Positions 9,857-19,031 of a stretch of 64,000 bases of DNA are shown here, one piece after another. How positions within the stretch are numbered: the stretch's first letter is position 1; the number at the start of each line of letters is the position of its first letter. The notes under the pieces are model-generated. The model was not told where the DNA came from. It was given only the letters and a program-made list of their open reading frames with translations, and ran no database searches. This DNA comes from an uncultured Mariniphaga sp. (GTDB lineage: Bacteria; Bacteroidota; Bacteroidia; Bacteroidales; Prolixibacteraceae). The position numbers and the translations under genes were made by a program. The stretch is from positions 11,727 through 75,726 of the forward strand of contig CAZNPV010000008.1 of NCBI GenBank assembly GCA_964575025.1. Reading direction: 5' to 3'.

Positions 9857-10963
9857 TTATTCACCAAAACAGTACACAAAACCATCGAAAGCACCGGTCA
9901 CAATTTTTCCGGAAAATACGGCCGGATTACTCAATACGGAACTTCCCAGTTCATAGGTCCAGACAACTTCCCCGTTTTCCAGGTTTGAAATAATCAGGTC
10001 ACCGCGGGTATTTGCCGTAAGCACTTTATCTCCTGAAATTACTGAGGATGCATCTATTTTTCTTCCGGTATTGTGCTTCCAGCGCAATTCTCCGGAATCC
10101 TTGTCAAAACAGTAAATGTATTTATCGTTGTTGCCGATCACAACCTTATCATCTTTTAATGCCGGCGACGCAATAAACGGAAGAAGCGTTTCTTCATCCA
10201 GCCATGTCCATAACACCTTTTTTGTTTGCAGATCAACTTTTGAAAATTTACCATCGTAATCGCCCAGGTAAACATGATTCCCATCTACGGCCACCGAACT
10301 GGCCACATACGTAGCCACATCAATTTTTGAAATCAGTCTGCCGTCAGAAATATTCACGATATGGAGAAAACCGTCACAGCCACCAAATATTGCTTTGCCA
10401 TCAAAACAGGCTGCGGCACCGTTCACAAAATTATCGGTTTCATATTTCCAGCGGACCTCGCCGGTTTCTGCATCCACACAATGAAGGTAAAAATCGTAGC
10501 TCCCCACCACAATGCTTGTTTGTCCGTCACTGGTCCAATAATTGGGAGAACCACTGATCTGATTTTCACACCTATACTCCCATTTCACCTTTCCCGAATG
10601 AAGATCGATAGCCAGGAGCTGACCATCCAGGTTCCCTATATACACGGTACTCTCCAGGATTAAAGCAGGAGCTTCAATGGAATTTTCGGTTTCATGCTCC
10701 CATATTTTTTTACCCGATGTATCCAGACAGTAAACCATTCCGTTTGTTGATCCAATCACTATTTTCCCGTTTGCGGCAACCGGAGCTGATTTAATCATAT
10801 CTCCGGTATCAAATGTCCAGAGCAGCTTTGGGTCCCGGGGTAATTCAGAGGCTGCCACGCCTGTGAGTTGCTTATTCCCCCGGAATAGTGGCCAGGCGGT
10901 CTGTTCCTGGGGATAAACCATATACCCAAAGAAAATCAATACAATAAGTGTTAAATACTTCAC
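9857..10963 (-). CDS. Secreted PQQ-like/BamB-like beta-propeller repeat protein (paralog 1)
   Basis: 368 aa. Signal peptide, then WPLFRG, then repeated ...G.l.a.D..tGk..W... blades. Confidence 0.8.
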   Translation of the reverse strand: MKYLTLIVLIFFGYMVYPQEQTAWPLFRGNKQLTGVAASELPRDPKLLWTFDTGDMIKSAPVAANGKIVIGSTNGMVYCLDTSGKKIWEHETENSIEAPALILESTVYIGNLDGQLLAIDLHSGKVKWEYRCENQISGSPNYWTSDGQTSIVVGSYDFYLHCVDAETGEVRWKYETDNFVNGAAACFDGKAIFGGCDGFLHIVNISDGRLISKIDVATYVASSVAVDGNHVYLGDYDGKFSKVDLQTKKVLWTWLDEETLLPFIASPALKDDKVVIGNNDKYIYCFDKDSGELRWKHNTGRKIDASSVISGDKVLTANTRGDLIISNLENGEVVWTYELGSSVLSNPAVFSGKIVTGAFDGFVYCFGE

Positions 10964-11005
10964 GATAATTCGTAATTATAGGTTAATCTTTGTATCCAGG
11001 CCTCT

Positions 11006-12568
11006 TCAGCTTGTTTTTTTCATTGACAGAGCTCCCGTCGGACAGCTTTCCGCCACCTTCCTGGCAGTAACCACCAGGCTGTCTCTCAATTCCTCATTAA
11101 AAGGTGTACCTATCTCCACATCAAATCCCCTGCCAATGAAAGTAAATCCGAATTTCTCCCTGTATTTGGCCGTCAGCCGCACACAGATTCCGCATTTAAT
11201 GCATTTCCCCGGTTCATACACAACAAGGTCGTGGTTGAAAAGTTTAGAGATTTTTCGTCTTTCTCCGGTTGAAAATCTGCGCTGGCTGGCTTTGTATTCT
11301 TCAGCAAGGTTCCGAAGTTTACACGAATGTATCTCCCGGCAATCACAATGAAGGCATCGTTTGGCTTCTTTCCGGGATATTTCCGGTTCAAATCCCCGGT
11401 TTTCTGTTTCCGGAGGGGTCCATCGTTTACCGGGAATTGATTCTTTCAGGTATTCAGAAAATTCTTCCGGGGTCAGCTTTCCGAACCTGGAATTAAACAG
11501 ACGGGGCTCTCCTTTCACTTCTTCCCTGTTTATATACTGATCCACTGAAAAAGCCACCTCTTTGCCCTGTCCTGCCGAGCGCACTGCCAAACGCGACGGG
11601 CGCAGTACATTGCCAATTGCAAACACTCCTTCTTCGGAAGTCTCATAGGTGTTTTTATCTGCTTCAATTCCTTTGGCTGTTAACCGGAAGCCCCATTTTT
11701 TCTGGGAATCGGAAATATTTCCGGAGGCTATAATTACCGCATGGTTTTCTTTTCTCAGTTCCCGGAACATTTCTGCATCCACCTCTTTGCCAGTTTCCAA
11801 TGCAACCCCGGTGTCCGCGATCTGTTGTATTTCCCTGTCGAGGATTTCTTTCGGAAGTTTTTCATTATCGATTTTGTACCGCAGCATTCCTCCCGCCTGT
11901 TCTTCTTTTTCATAAACGGTACATGCATACCCCCTCAAGCGGAGATAGAAGGAAGCTGCCAGACCTGCCGGTCCTGAGCCTATAATGGCCACTTTTTTCG
12001 TATTGGAAGGGGGAACTTCAAGCGATTGAAAAACCTTTTCCGCGGCTATATCACCAACAAATCTTTTCAGGAGACATATTGATACCGCTTCATCCACCGA
12101 TTTCCGATGGCAGGCTCCTTCACAGGGTGCCGGACATATACGTCCCAAAACGGAGGGAAGGGCAATGTCCCGGAGAACCACCCGCAGGGATTCTTCAAAT
12201 TTACCTTCCAGAATCAGGCGGTTCATTTCCGGAATATTCATGTGTGCCGGGCAGGCAATCTGACAGGGTGCTTCGCAATCGCCGACATGCTCACTGAGCA
12301 GCAATTCCAGAGCTATTCTCCTCCCTTCCAGGACCTCTTCATCTTCGGTAACAATCTCCATGCCCTCCTGTACCATTCTCGAACAGGAAGGAATAAGCTT
12401 TCCGGTAGCAACATTTTTCACCAGGCAAACCATACAGGACGTAAAATGTTCCAGTTCTTCATGCCAGCACAACGAAGGAATCCGTTCTCCTGCCAGTTCA
12501 GCTGCTTTCATTACAGAAGTTCCCTCCGGAACCTGTATTTCTCTGTTGTTTATTTTAATGTTGATCAT
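11006..12568 (-). CDS. FeS/FAD oxidoreductase: N-terminal 2Fe-2S ferredoxin domain, GltD-like FAD domain lacking the NADPH-binding Rossmann domain, C-terminal 4Fe-4S region
   Basis: 520 aa. NuoG/HydA-like N-terminus, GltD-type Cys pattern (CPAPCEGAC), GXGXXG (IIGSGPAG), and C-terminal CIKCGICV...CPTGA. The start abuts the stop of the upstream gene (TAA-ATG at 12568/12569). Confidence 0.7.
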   Translation of the reverse strand: MINIKINNREIQVPEGTSVMKAAELAGERIPSLCWHEELEHFTSCMVCLVKNVATGKLIPSCSRMVQEGMEIVTEDEEVLEGRRIALELLLSEHVGDCEAPCQIACPAHMNIPEMNRLILEGKFEESLRVVLRDIALPSVLGRICPAPCEGACHRKSVDEAVSICLLKRFVGDIAAEKVFQSLEVPPSNTKKVAIIGSGPAGLAASFYLRLRGYACTVYEKEEQAGGMLRYKIDNEKLPKEILDREIQQIADTGVALETGKEVDAEMFRELRKENHAVIIASGNISDSQKKWGFRLTAKGIEADKNTYETSEEGVFAIGNVLRPSRLAVRSAGQGKEVAFSVDQYINREEVKGEPRLFNSRFGKLTPEEFSEYLKESIPGKRWTPPETENRGFEPEISRKEAKRCLHCDCREIHSCKLRNLAEEYKASQRRFSTGERRKISKLFNHDLVVYEPGKCIKCGICVRLTAKYREKFGFTFIGRGFDVEIGTPFNEELRDSLVVTARKVAESCPTGALSMKKTS

Positions 12569-14911
12569 TTATTTTACATCAATTGCATCTTCCGGGCAAA
12601 CCTGCCGGCATGCATCACATTTGATACACAATTCGGTATCGATCTCATGTTTTTCATGGGGCTTGAAAGCAATGGCATCGGTTGGGCATTTCTGAGCACA
12701 CAAGGTACATCCGATGCAGTTATCATTTACTGAATAGGTAATTAATCCGGTGCATTTTCCGGTTGGGCACACGCCATTGATATGGGCTTCATACTCCTCC
12801 CTGAAATACGTTAAGGTTGTTAACACCGGATTGGGAGCAGATCCTCCCAGGGCACACAGACTTCCCTTTTTTGTCCACCGGGCCAGTTCCTCCAATTTTT
12901 CCAGGTCACCTTCCTTCGCTTTCCCGGTACACAGATTATCCATAATATCCAGCATTTTTCTGGTTCCCACCCTGCAGAAGGTACATTTTCCACAGGATTC
13001 ATTTTGTGTAAATGAAAGAAAAAACCGGGCTATATCGACCATACAATCGGTATCATCCATCACGACCAATCCTCCGGAGCCCATCATGGCTCCAAGCCGG
13101 GTTAGTGATTCATAATCGATGGGTGTATCTCCCAACGATGCCGGAATACATCCTCCGGAGGGTCCGCCAATCTGGACCGCTTTGAACTTTCTGCCATTGG
13201 CTATTCCTCCTCCGATCTCTTCGACTACCTGATTAATCGTGGTGCCCATAGGTACTTCAATGAGGCCTCCCCGGGCCACTTTCCCTGCGAGGGCAAAAAC
13301 CTTGGTCCCCTTGCTTCGCTCTGTACCTATACAGTTAAACCGTTCCGGTCCGTTACGAATTATATAGGAAATCTGTGCCAGCGTTTCGGTATTGTTAACC
13401 AGTGTGGAATGCCCCCACAAGCCTTTATCAGACGGATACGGAGGCCGGATATGCGGAAAACCGCGGTTTCCCTGGATCGATTCAATCAGGGCTGATTCCT
13501 CGCCACAAACGAAAGCCCCGGCTCCCTCATAAATGGAAATATCAAAATCAAAACCCGACCCCATAATATCTTTCCCCAGGTATCCATGTTCACGGCACAT
13601 TCTCAGGGCTTCACGGATACGATGAACGGCCAGGGGATATTCTGCCCTGATATAAAAATATCCATCTCCGGCTCCTGTAGCATATGCAGCGATAATAGCT
13701 CCTTCAATAACCCGGTAAGGATAAGACTCCAGAAGCATCCTGTCCATAAATGCGCCGGGATCCCCCTCATCCCCGTTACAAATCAGGTACTTTTGATCAT
13801 CCTTCTTTTGGGCTACAAGCTCCCATTTCATTCCCGTAGGAAAACCGGCTCCACCCCGTCCCCGGATACCACTTTCCTTAACAATCCTGATAATTTCCTC
13901 CGATCCCATCTTAATGGCCATTTCCAGGCCTCTGAAACCAGCTTTCGATATGTATTCTTCGATATCCAGGGGATTTATCACTCCCCTGAACTCTGTGGCT
14001 ATAGAGATCTGTTTCCCTAAAAATGAGGCAACCTGTTTTTCCCGTATATTCAGTTCGTATCGTTTAATTCCATCCCATTTGCTGTCGGATTGAATGTTTT
14101 CTATGGAGCTTAAAAACCGGTTCTTAATTCGCGTCAGAAAACCAGAAGCTTTAAAGTGGTTCGTTATAATTTCGCCGACATCCTTTGGGTTAACCCTGGA
14201 ATACAGAATTGTTTCCTTGCTATCATAAGGGACTATTTCCACCAGGGGCACCTGGTGGCACATCCCCACACATCCTACGTGTTTGAGTTTTACGTTCAGT
14301 TTGTTTCTGTTCACTGCCTCTTCCACAGCCTCACGAATCTCTCCGCTTCCGCTGGCTACACAACAGGATCCCAACCCGATGCGTATTTCTCCCTCTATCA
14401 CTGTTCCATCAGCACGACGGGCTTTCTGATCCTCTTTTTTATCTTTCCGGGACTCAAAATCCCGTATGACCTGAACCACCTGTCCGGACTCTACATGTCC
14501 ATAAGTTATCCTGTCAACCTGTACTACAGGAGCCAGCGTACAACACCCCAGGCAACTTACTTTTTCCAGGGTATACTCCCTTTTTTCGTCTGTATCCTCT
14601 CCTTCTTTCAACTTCAGCTCCCTGTGAAAAGCATCATACACCTGCTCTGCTCCTTTCACATGGCAAGCGGTTCCTACACATACCTTTATCCGGTGATGCC
14701 CGGTTGGAGATATCCGGAATTGAGAATAAAAACTGGCCACTCCGATAATATCGGCAGCAGTAATCCTGGTCGTCTCACTAACCCTTCTTAAGGCTTCCTG
14801 AGGAAGGTAGTTATATTCCGCCTGAATTGCCTGCAATATAGGAATCAGGTTCTTCTTTTCAGAACCCGTTTTTTGAATGATTGTATCTACAACAGTAAAA
14901 TCCTTCTCCAT
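12569..14911 (-). CDS. NuoE-NuoF fusion flavoprotein (HydB/HndC-like NADH-binding FMN/FeS diaphorase subunit)
   Basis: 780 aa. NuoE-like 2Fe-2S Cys pattern, a second 2Fe-2S-like domain, NuoF motifs GRGGAGFPTG and CNGDEGDPGAFMDR, ESCGKCTFCR, and a C-terminal 2x[4Fe-4S] CxxCxxCxxxCP. Confidence 0.85.
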   Translation of the reverse strand: MEKDFTVVDTIIQKTGSEKKNLIPILQAIQAEYNYLPQEALRRVSETTRITAADIIGVASFYSQFRISPTGHHRIKVCVGTACHVKGAEQVYDAFHRELKLKEGEDTDEKREYTLEKVSCLGCCTLAPVVQVDRITYGHVESGQVVQVIRDFESRKDKKEDQKARRADGTVIEGEIRIGLGSCCVASGSGEIREAVEEAVNRNKLNVKLKHVGCVGMCHQVPLVEIVPYDSKETILYSRVNPKDVGEIITNHFKASGFLTRIKNRFLSSIENIQSDSKWDGIKRYELNIREKQVASFLGKQISIATEFRGVINPLDIEEYISKAGFRGLEMAIKMGSEEIIRIVKESGIRGRGGAGFPTGMKWELVAQKKDDQKYLICNGDEGDPGAFMDRMLLESYPYRVIEGAIIAAYATGAGDGYFYIRAEYPLAVHRIREALRMCREHGYLGKDIMGSGFDFDISIYEGAGAFVCGEESALIESIQGNRGFPHIRPPYPSDKGLWGHSTLVNNTETLAQISYIIRNGPERFNCIGTERSKGTKVFALAGKVARGGLIEVPMGTTINQVVEEIGGGIANGRKFKAVQIGGPSGGCIPASLGDTPIDYESLTRLGAMMGSGGLVVMDDTDCMVDIARFFLSFTQNESCGKCTFCRVGTRKMLDIMDNLCTGKAKEGDLEKLEELARWTKKGSLCALGGSAPNPVLTTLTYFREEYEAHINGVCPTGKCTGLITYSVNDNCIGCTLCAQKCPTDAIAFKPHEKHEIDTELCIKCDACRQVCPEDAIDVK

Positions 14912-14956
14912 ATCTTTCCCAACAAAAATCCCTGATTGGTCTTTACTCCTTATCTC

Positions 14957-16858
14957 TTATTTCCCAAAACAATACAGATTCCCGATGCCCCGGATAAAAA
15001 TTCTGCCATCCGAAAATGCAGGGGATGCATACCCTTCTTCCCCCAGTTCCGGTTGACCCAATACCTTTGCTTCCCTGCTTACTTCAAGAATATGCATCAC
15101 TCCCTGGGTATCGAGGGCATAGATCTTATTATCTGCTACCACCGGGGAAGCGTAAAATACTTTTCCGAAGTCTTCCTCCCAAAGCAATTCTCCTGTTTTT
15201 GCATCATAACACACCAACATCCCATAGGTTGTGGCCACTATCAGCAGCCCGTTTGCACATACCGGGCTGGCCACTTCGGGAAGGTAAAAATCATCTTCCC
15301 AGACAATGGCTGCGTTCACCGGATCAATCGCTGCAAGGCGGGCATATTCATTGGCAGCAAAAACCAACCCTTCACACACGGTTACTGAAGGGCCAACCTC
15401 GCCCATCAGGCACTCCACAGCCCATTGTTCTTCACCTGTTTCAGTATCATAACCTGCCACAATCGGAGCGCCGGTAAGTATCACCTGTTTTTTCCCGTTG
15501 ATATCAGCCAGTACGGGGCTTGCCCAGGAGATACCGGCATCCCGGGGGGTTTCCCAAACCGTTTCGCCGTTTGCTGTATTCAGGGCCATCACTTTTGCCC
15601 CGCTGTTGGTGTCGAACTGAACAAACACTTTCCCGTTCCAGGTAACCAGGGATGAGGAGTGTCCATAATGGTTGTCAGGCATTCCAAGGTTCCTCGCCCA
15701 GATCCGGTTTCCGTTCACATCAAAACAGATGATATCACCGGTCGCGAAAATAGCAAAAACGTATTTCCCGTCTGTTGTAACGGTCGGAGCAGCCAACCCT
15801 GTATCATCCGATACCTTTGGTATTTGGGCTGGTGATCCGGGAATATTATCTGCCACTCCGGACCATAAAAACTCCCCGGTATTCTTATCCAAACAGTATA
15901 CTACCCGGGCCTCCTCATCACCCCCTGAAAGGAAAACTTTATCTTCCCAGACAACGGGCGAATTGAATCCTGGTTTCGGTATCGCGGTCTTCCAGATAAG
16001 ATTTGTTCCGTCAGCCCCGTTCCATTCTACAGGTACGTCAGAAAGGGTACTGACTCCATTGCTCCAGGGACCCCGGAAACTGTTGTAATTACCATTCACC
16101 TTTGCAGGAGTTAAGATGCCTGCTACACCCTCTGAATCAGCTTGTTCGGATTCATCCAGCCCTTCATCCGTTCCTTCCTGCAGAGCTTCTTCCTGGCTGG
16201 AACCTGGGTCCGGCGTACTAACTGTTTCTTCTCCGGTTACCCTTTCCGGTTCTGTTTCCCCGGTATCCGGACCGGAAACCTCTTCTGCCACCTCTCGTGA
16301 GGCACTTATATCCACGACTTCAATCCCTTCCTCAGCAGGTTGTTCATCCGGTGGTATGTTCGTCTCACCTATGGAATATTTATCCAGTTGGTTTACCGTA
16401 GCCAAGGAAACAAACAATGCTGAAACCAACACGGCAACCCCGGTAAAAAGAATCCATTTCCGGGAAAGAATCCGGCTCGCTATTTCATTTTCCTGTGCCG
16501 TATCCGGTTCCTCAATTTTTGCTTTCAGAGAATAATAATACCGTAAAGCAACCGCACAAACAACTGCACCGAAAAGCAAAAGGTATGCTCCGGTTTTAAC
16601 CTGCCACCTGCTGTTGAAGTAGGCTTTTCGCGCAAGAAGATCAAAACTCCGTATTTCCTCCTTTAATTCTTCGTTATTGGGTTCATCCTGCAGCCTTTCC
16701 ACCAATGCTTCAATGGTTTTGCTCTCCAACGTTTCATTCTGTGCAAACTGATAATAGTTCAGCAGAAGAAGCAACGCCACCAATGCACAAAAGATTCCGG
16801 AGATGAGAATCACCTTTTTTGAAAGCTGAAGTTTATCGTTCATTGATATTTCTTTCAC
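14957..16858 (-). CDS. Membrane-anchored PQQ-like beta-propeller protein with acidic linker (paralog 2)
   Basis: 633 aa. Three N-terminal hydrophobic helices, then a roughly 90-aa Glu/Asp/Thr/Pro-rich linker, then SFRGPW and PQQ-like blades. Confidence 0.75.
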   Translation of the reverse strand: MKEISMNDKLQLSKKVILISGIFCALVALLLLLNYYQFAQNETLESKTIEALVERLQDEPNNEELKEEIRSFDLLARKAYFNSRWQVKTGAYLLLFGAVVCAVALRYYYSLKAKIEEPDTAQENEIASRILSRKWILFTGVAVLVSALFVSLATVNQLDKYSIGETNIPPDEQPAEEGIEVVDISASREVAEEVSGPDTGETEPERVTGEETVSTPDPGSSQEEALQEGTDEGLDESEQADSEGVAGILTPAKVNGNYNSFRGPWSNGVSTLSDVPVEWNGADGTNLIWKTAIPKPGFNSPVVWEDKVFLSGGDEEARVVYCLDKNTGEFLWSGVADNIPGSPAQIPKVSDDTGLAAPTVTTDGKYVFAIFATGDIICFDVNGNRIWARNLGMPDNHYGHSSSLVTWNGKVFVQFDTNSGAKVMALNTANGETVWETPRDAGISWASPVLADINGKKQVILTGAPIVAGYDTETGEEQWAVECLMGEVGPSVTVCEGLVFAANEYARLAAIDPVNAAIVWEDDFYLPEVASPVCANGLLIVATTYGMLVCYDAKTGELLWEEDFGKVFYASPVVADNKIYALDTQGVMHILEVSREAKVLGQPELGEEGYASPAFSDGRIFIRGIGNLYCFGK

Positions 16859-16975
16859 TTGTATAGAACTAATTTAAAACATTATGCAATTAAAAATAAG
16901 TAGCAGTGTCTTAACAGACTTCATCGGGCCCGTGGTACCTCGTTTCATCCATAGATTGTTATGATCTTTCATCCT

Positions 16976-18241
16976 TTACTTTTTATCGACAGGGCAATAA
17001 TCCATACAGCGCCCGCAACTGAAGCATTCACCCCGGTTAGGGGTATAATCTTCCTTGCGACGATAAACCACCTGGTTCAACAGGGTTAATCCAATCACCA
17101 GACCGATAAATCCTCCCAGAATCCAGCTTCCCACATAAAATTCCTCTCTCTTTAATCTGGCTTCTTCCACCAGGGTATCCATTGTTTTTCCGGATTCCAG
17201 AAAGGTCTGAATATCTATATTTTCAGGATCATCTTTTAACTCAGGATGTTCAATCAGCAATTCAGCCAGGTATACATCGGGATGAGCCCTTGACAGCCAT
17301 ACATGGGCTTCCGAACCGATAAATCCACCGGCAGCTATCCATAACGGGAGCAAAGCAGCATACAGCATAAAATTTCTGACTCCCGCACGGGATGAGGTTG
17401 TTGCTTTTTCATCGGTAGGAACATCAATCGCATCAAAAGGACACGAGGTAGTACATAACTTGCAACGGATGCATCGGGAGGGAGTTATGGATAAATGCCA
17501 TTTAGAAAATCTTGAGAACAAGTTTAACAGTACGGCATAAGGACAGATAAACCGGCAATAGGGACGTGCAACAAACATTCCCATCAATAAGAAACTTACT
17601 CCCAGGACAATCATATGAAACGGGGCATCCATTCTGAAGATACCGATAAACGGATCATAACGGCAAATAATAAATTCGGTTCCGGTAGCTGCATAAAGAA
17701 CAGCAAGCCCCAGATAGATAGCAGGAAAGATCCCCAGGATCTTCCGCAGCCAGCGTGGCAGCGAAATGGGTTTAAGGATAACGAGGTCCTGAATGGCCCC
17801 CAACGGACAGGCACCTGCACAAAATGTTCTTCCAAAGAATAAAGTGAAAATCAGAGGCATCAGGAAAAACAACAAAGCAGTGACGGAAACAGCATAGGTT
17901 GAATCAAAAAATGAAAGGGTGACATTCTGCACCGCCCCTACCGAACAGATACAGCCGTTACGGTAAAAACCAAAATAGAGCATGGTAAAAACCGACAACC
18001 ATAAAATTCCCTGCCGGGAACGTTTCTTCAGGGCCATATAAGAAACCATGGAAAGAACGACCAGCAAGACAAGTACATCTAAATACTCCATCGCCTGAGC
18101 GCGTGGCTCCGGTGTTACCGGATCGGGTTGGACATAGCCGCTTTCGAATTCCGGTTTGGGGAATCGTTGCTGCTGCCCCGACACAGATACACAAAACAGC
18201 AACAGGATAAAAGCCACGAACAGGTGTATTTTTGGTATCAA
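16976..18241 (-). CDS. NapH/NosR/MauN-like integral-membrane polyferredoxin
   Basis: 421 aa. Two CX3CP motifs at helix ends (CAGACPLG, CRFICPYA), 4Fe-4S motifs CIRCKLCTTSCP and CFSCGRCMDYCP, and multiple TM helices. Confidence 0.75.
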   Translation of the reverse strand: MIPKIHLFVAFILLLFCVSVSGQQQRFPKPEFESGYVQPDPVTPEPRAQAMEYLDVLVLLVVLSMVSYMALKKRSRQGILWLSVFTMLYFGFYRNGCICSVGAVQNVTLSFFDSTYAVSVTALLFFLMPLIFTLFFGRTFCAGACPLGAIQDLVILKPISLPRWLRKILGIFPAIYLGLAVLYAATGTEFIICRYDPFIGIFRMDAPFHMIVLGVSFLLMGMFVARPYCRFICPYAVLLNLFSRFSKWHLSITPSRCIRCKLCTTSCPFDAIDVPTDEKATTSSRAGVRNFMLYAALLPLWIAAGGFIGSEAHVWLSRAHPDVYLAELLIEHPELKDDPENIDIQTFLESGKTMDTLVEEARLKREEFYVGSWILGGFIGLVIGLTLLNQVVYRRKEDYTPNRGECFSCGRCMDYCPVDKK

Positions 18242-18274
18242 AGTTTTAAGTTTTATGCTTGTTTCATTAAATGT

Positions 18275-18841
18275 CTATGCTATATTGGTCCAGCTTCCCT
18301 TCACCTTATAAGCATTCTCAGCTTTGACGCGTTTAATCGCATCAGAAGGACAAACCCGTGCAATGGAACACTCATTGCAATTGAGGCATATATGGTGCAT
18401 GATCTGCAGGTGGAGAGATCCGTTTCCGAAAGCCGTACATCCTTCCACACATTTGCCGCATCCGATACATAAATCTTCGTGAATAATATACTCAAAATAG
18501 GGTTCCTCAATAAACTTTCGTTCGATCGCAGCAGCCGGGCAAAGCTGATTTTCGGCTGCTGTTGAAAGTTCATTGGCATCGGGCTTAAAGTATCCTCCGC
18601 ACAGATCACAATACCCGCATAAATCAAAAGCATGAATGCATTTCACTGCCGAAGGATTCAGCATACACTCGGTGGCACAACGCCCGCACTGTGTACACTC
18701 AAAAGGATCGATCTGCCATACCCATTCGTCGGTTGTTGAGCGACCAAGGGCCAACCCTGCCAGTCCACCGACAGCCATTCCCATGACCATGCGCGTCCCG
18801 CTCTGAATAAATTCTCTCCTTGTTTTAGCTTTTTCTTCCAT
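18275..18841 (-). CDS. Tat-exported 4Fe-4S polyferredoxin (NapG/MauM-like)
   Basis: Start placed at MEEKAKTRREFIQSG... (twin-arginine signal). There are several CxxCxxC...CP clusters. The longer ORF running to 18919 is probably an N-terminal over-extension. Confidence 0.75.
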   Translation of the reverse strand: MEEKAKTRREFIQSGTRMVMGMAVGGLAGLALGRSTTDEWVWQIDPFECTQCGRCATECMLNPSAVKCIHAFDLCGYCDLCGGYFKPDANELSTAAENQLCPAAAIERKFIEEPYFEYIIHEDLCIGCGKCVEGCTAFGNGSLHLQIMHHICLNCNECSIARVCPSDAIKRVKAENAYKVKGSWTNIA

Positions 18842-19031
18842 CTTCTCTCGCTCTTTTTGCCTTTTGAAGGGTACACGTTGAAAAGCGCTCACATCCGGAG
18901 CAGAGTGAATCCCCTTCACATTCTGAAACCCCGGTAATGCGCCTGTTTAGGGTTAAGTAACCGGTAAAAACACCAATACTGCATAGTATTAGCCACCTTC
19001 CACTGTTTCTTATAAATTCCTTTCGTTTCAT
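18825..19031 (-). CDS. Small (68 aa) anchored protein with a CX5CX2CX5C motif
   Basis: N-terminus MKRKEFIRNSGRW plus a hydrophobic helix resembles a degenerate Tat signal or anchor. Tail reads CEGDSLCSGCERFSTC. The start shares an ATGA overlap with the upstream gene's stop, and 17 nt overlap the downstream start. Coding status is unproven. Confidence 0.45.
   Translation of the reverse strand: MKRKEFIRNSGRWLILCSIGVFTGYLTLNRRITGVSECEGDSLCSGCERFSTCTLQKAKRAREDGRKS

Noticed and set aside
12107-14791. Plus-strand ORFs of 111-211 aa opposite the NuoEF/GltD-like genes
   Set aside because: They are shadow ORFs of Cys-codon-rich FeS genes and have no independent support.
18842-18919. Upstream extension of the NapG-like ferredoxin ORF
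   Set aside because: The twin-arginine signal begins right after the internal Met (MEEKAKTRREF). The extension would bury the Tat signal and lengthen the overlap with the small ORF.
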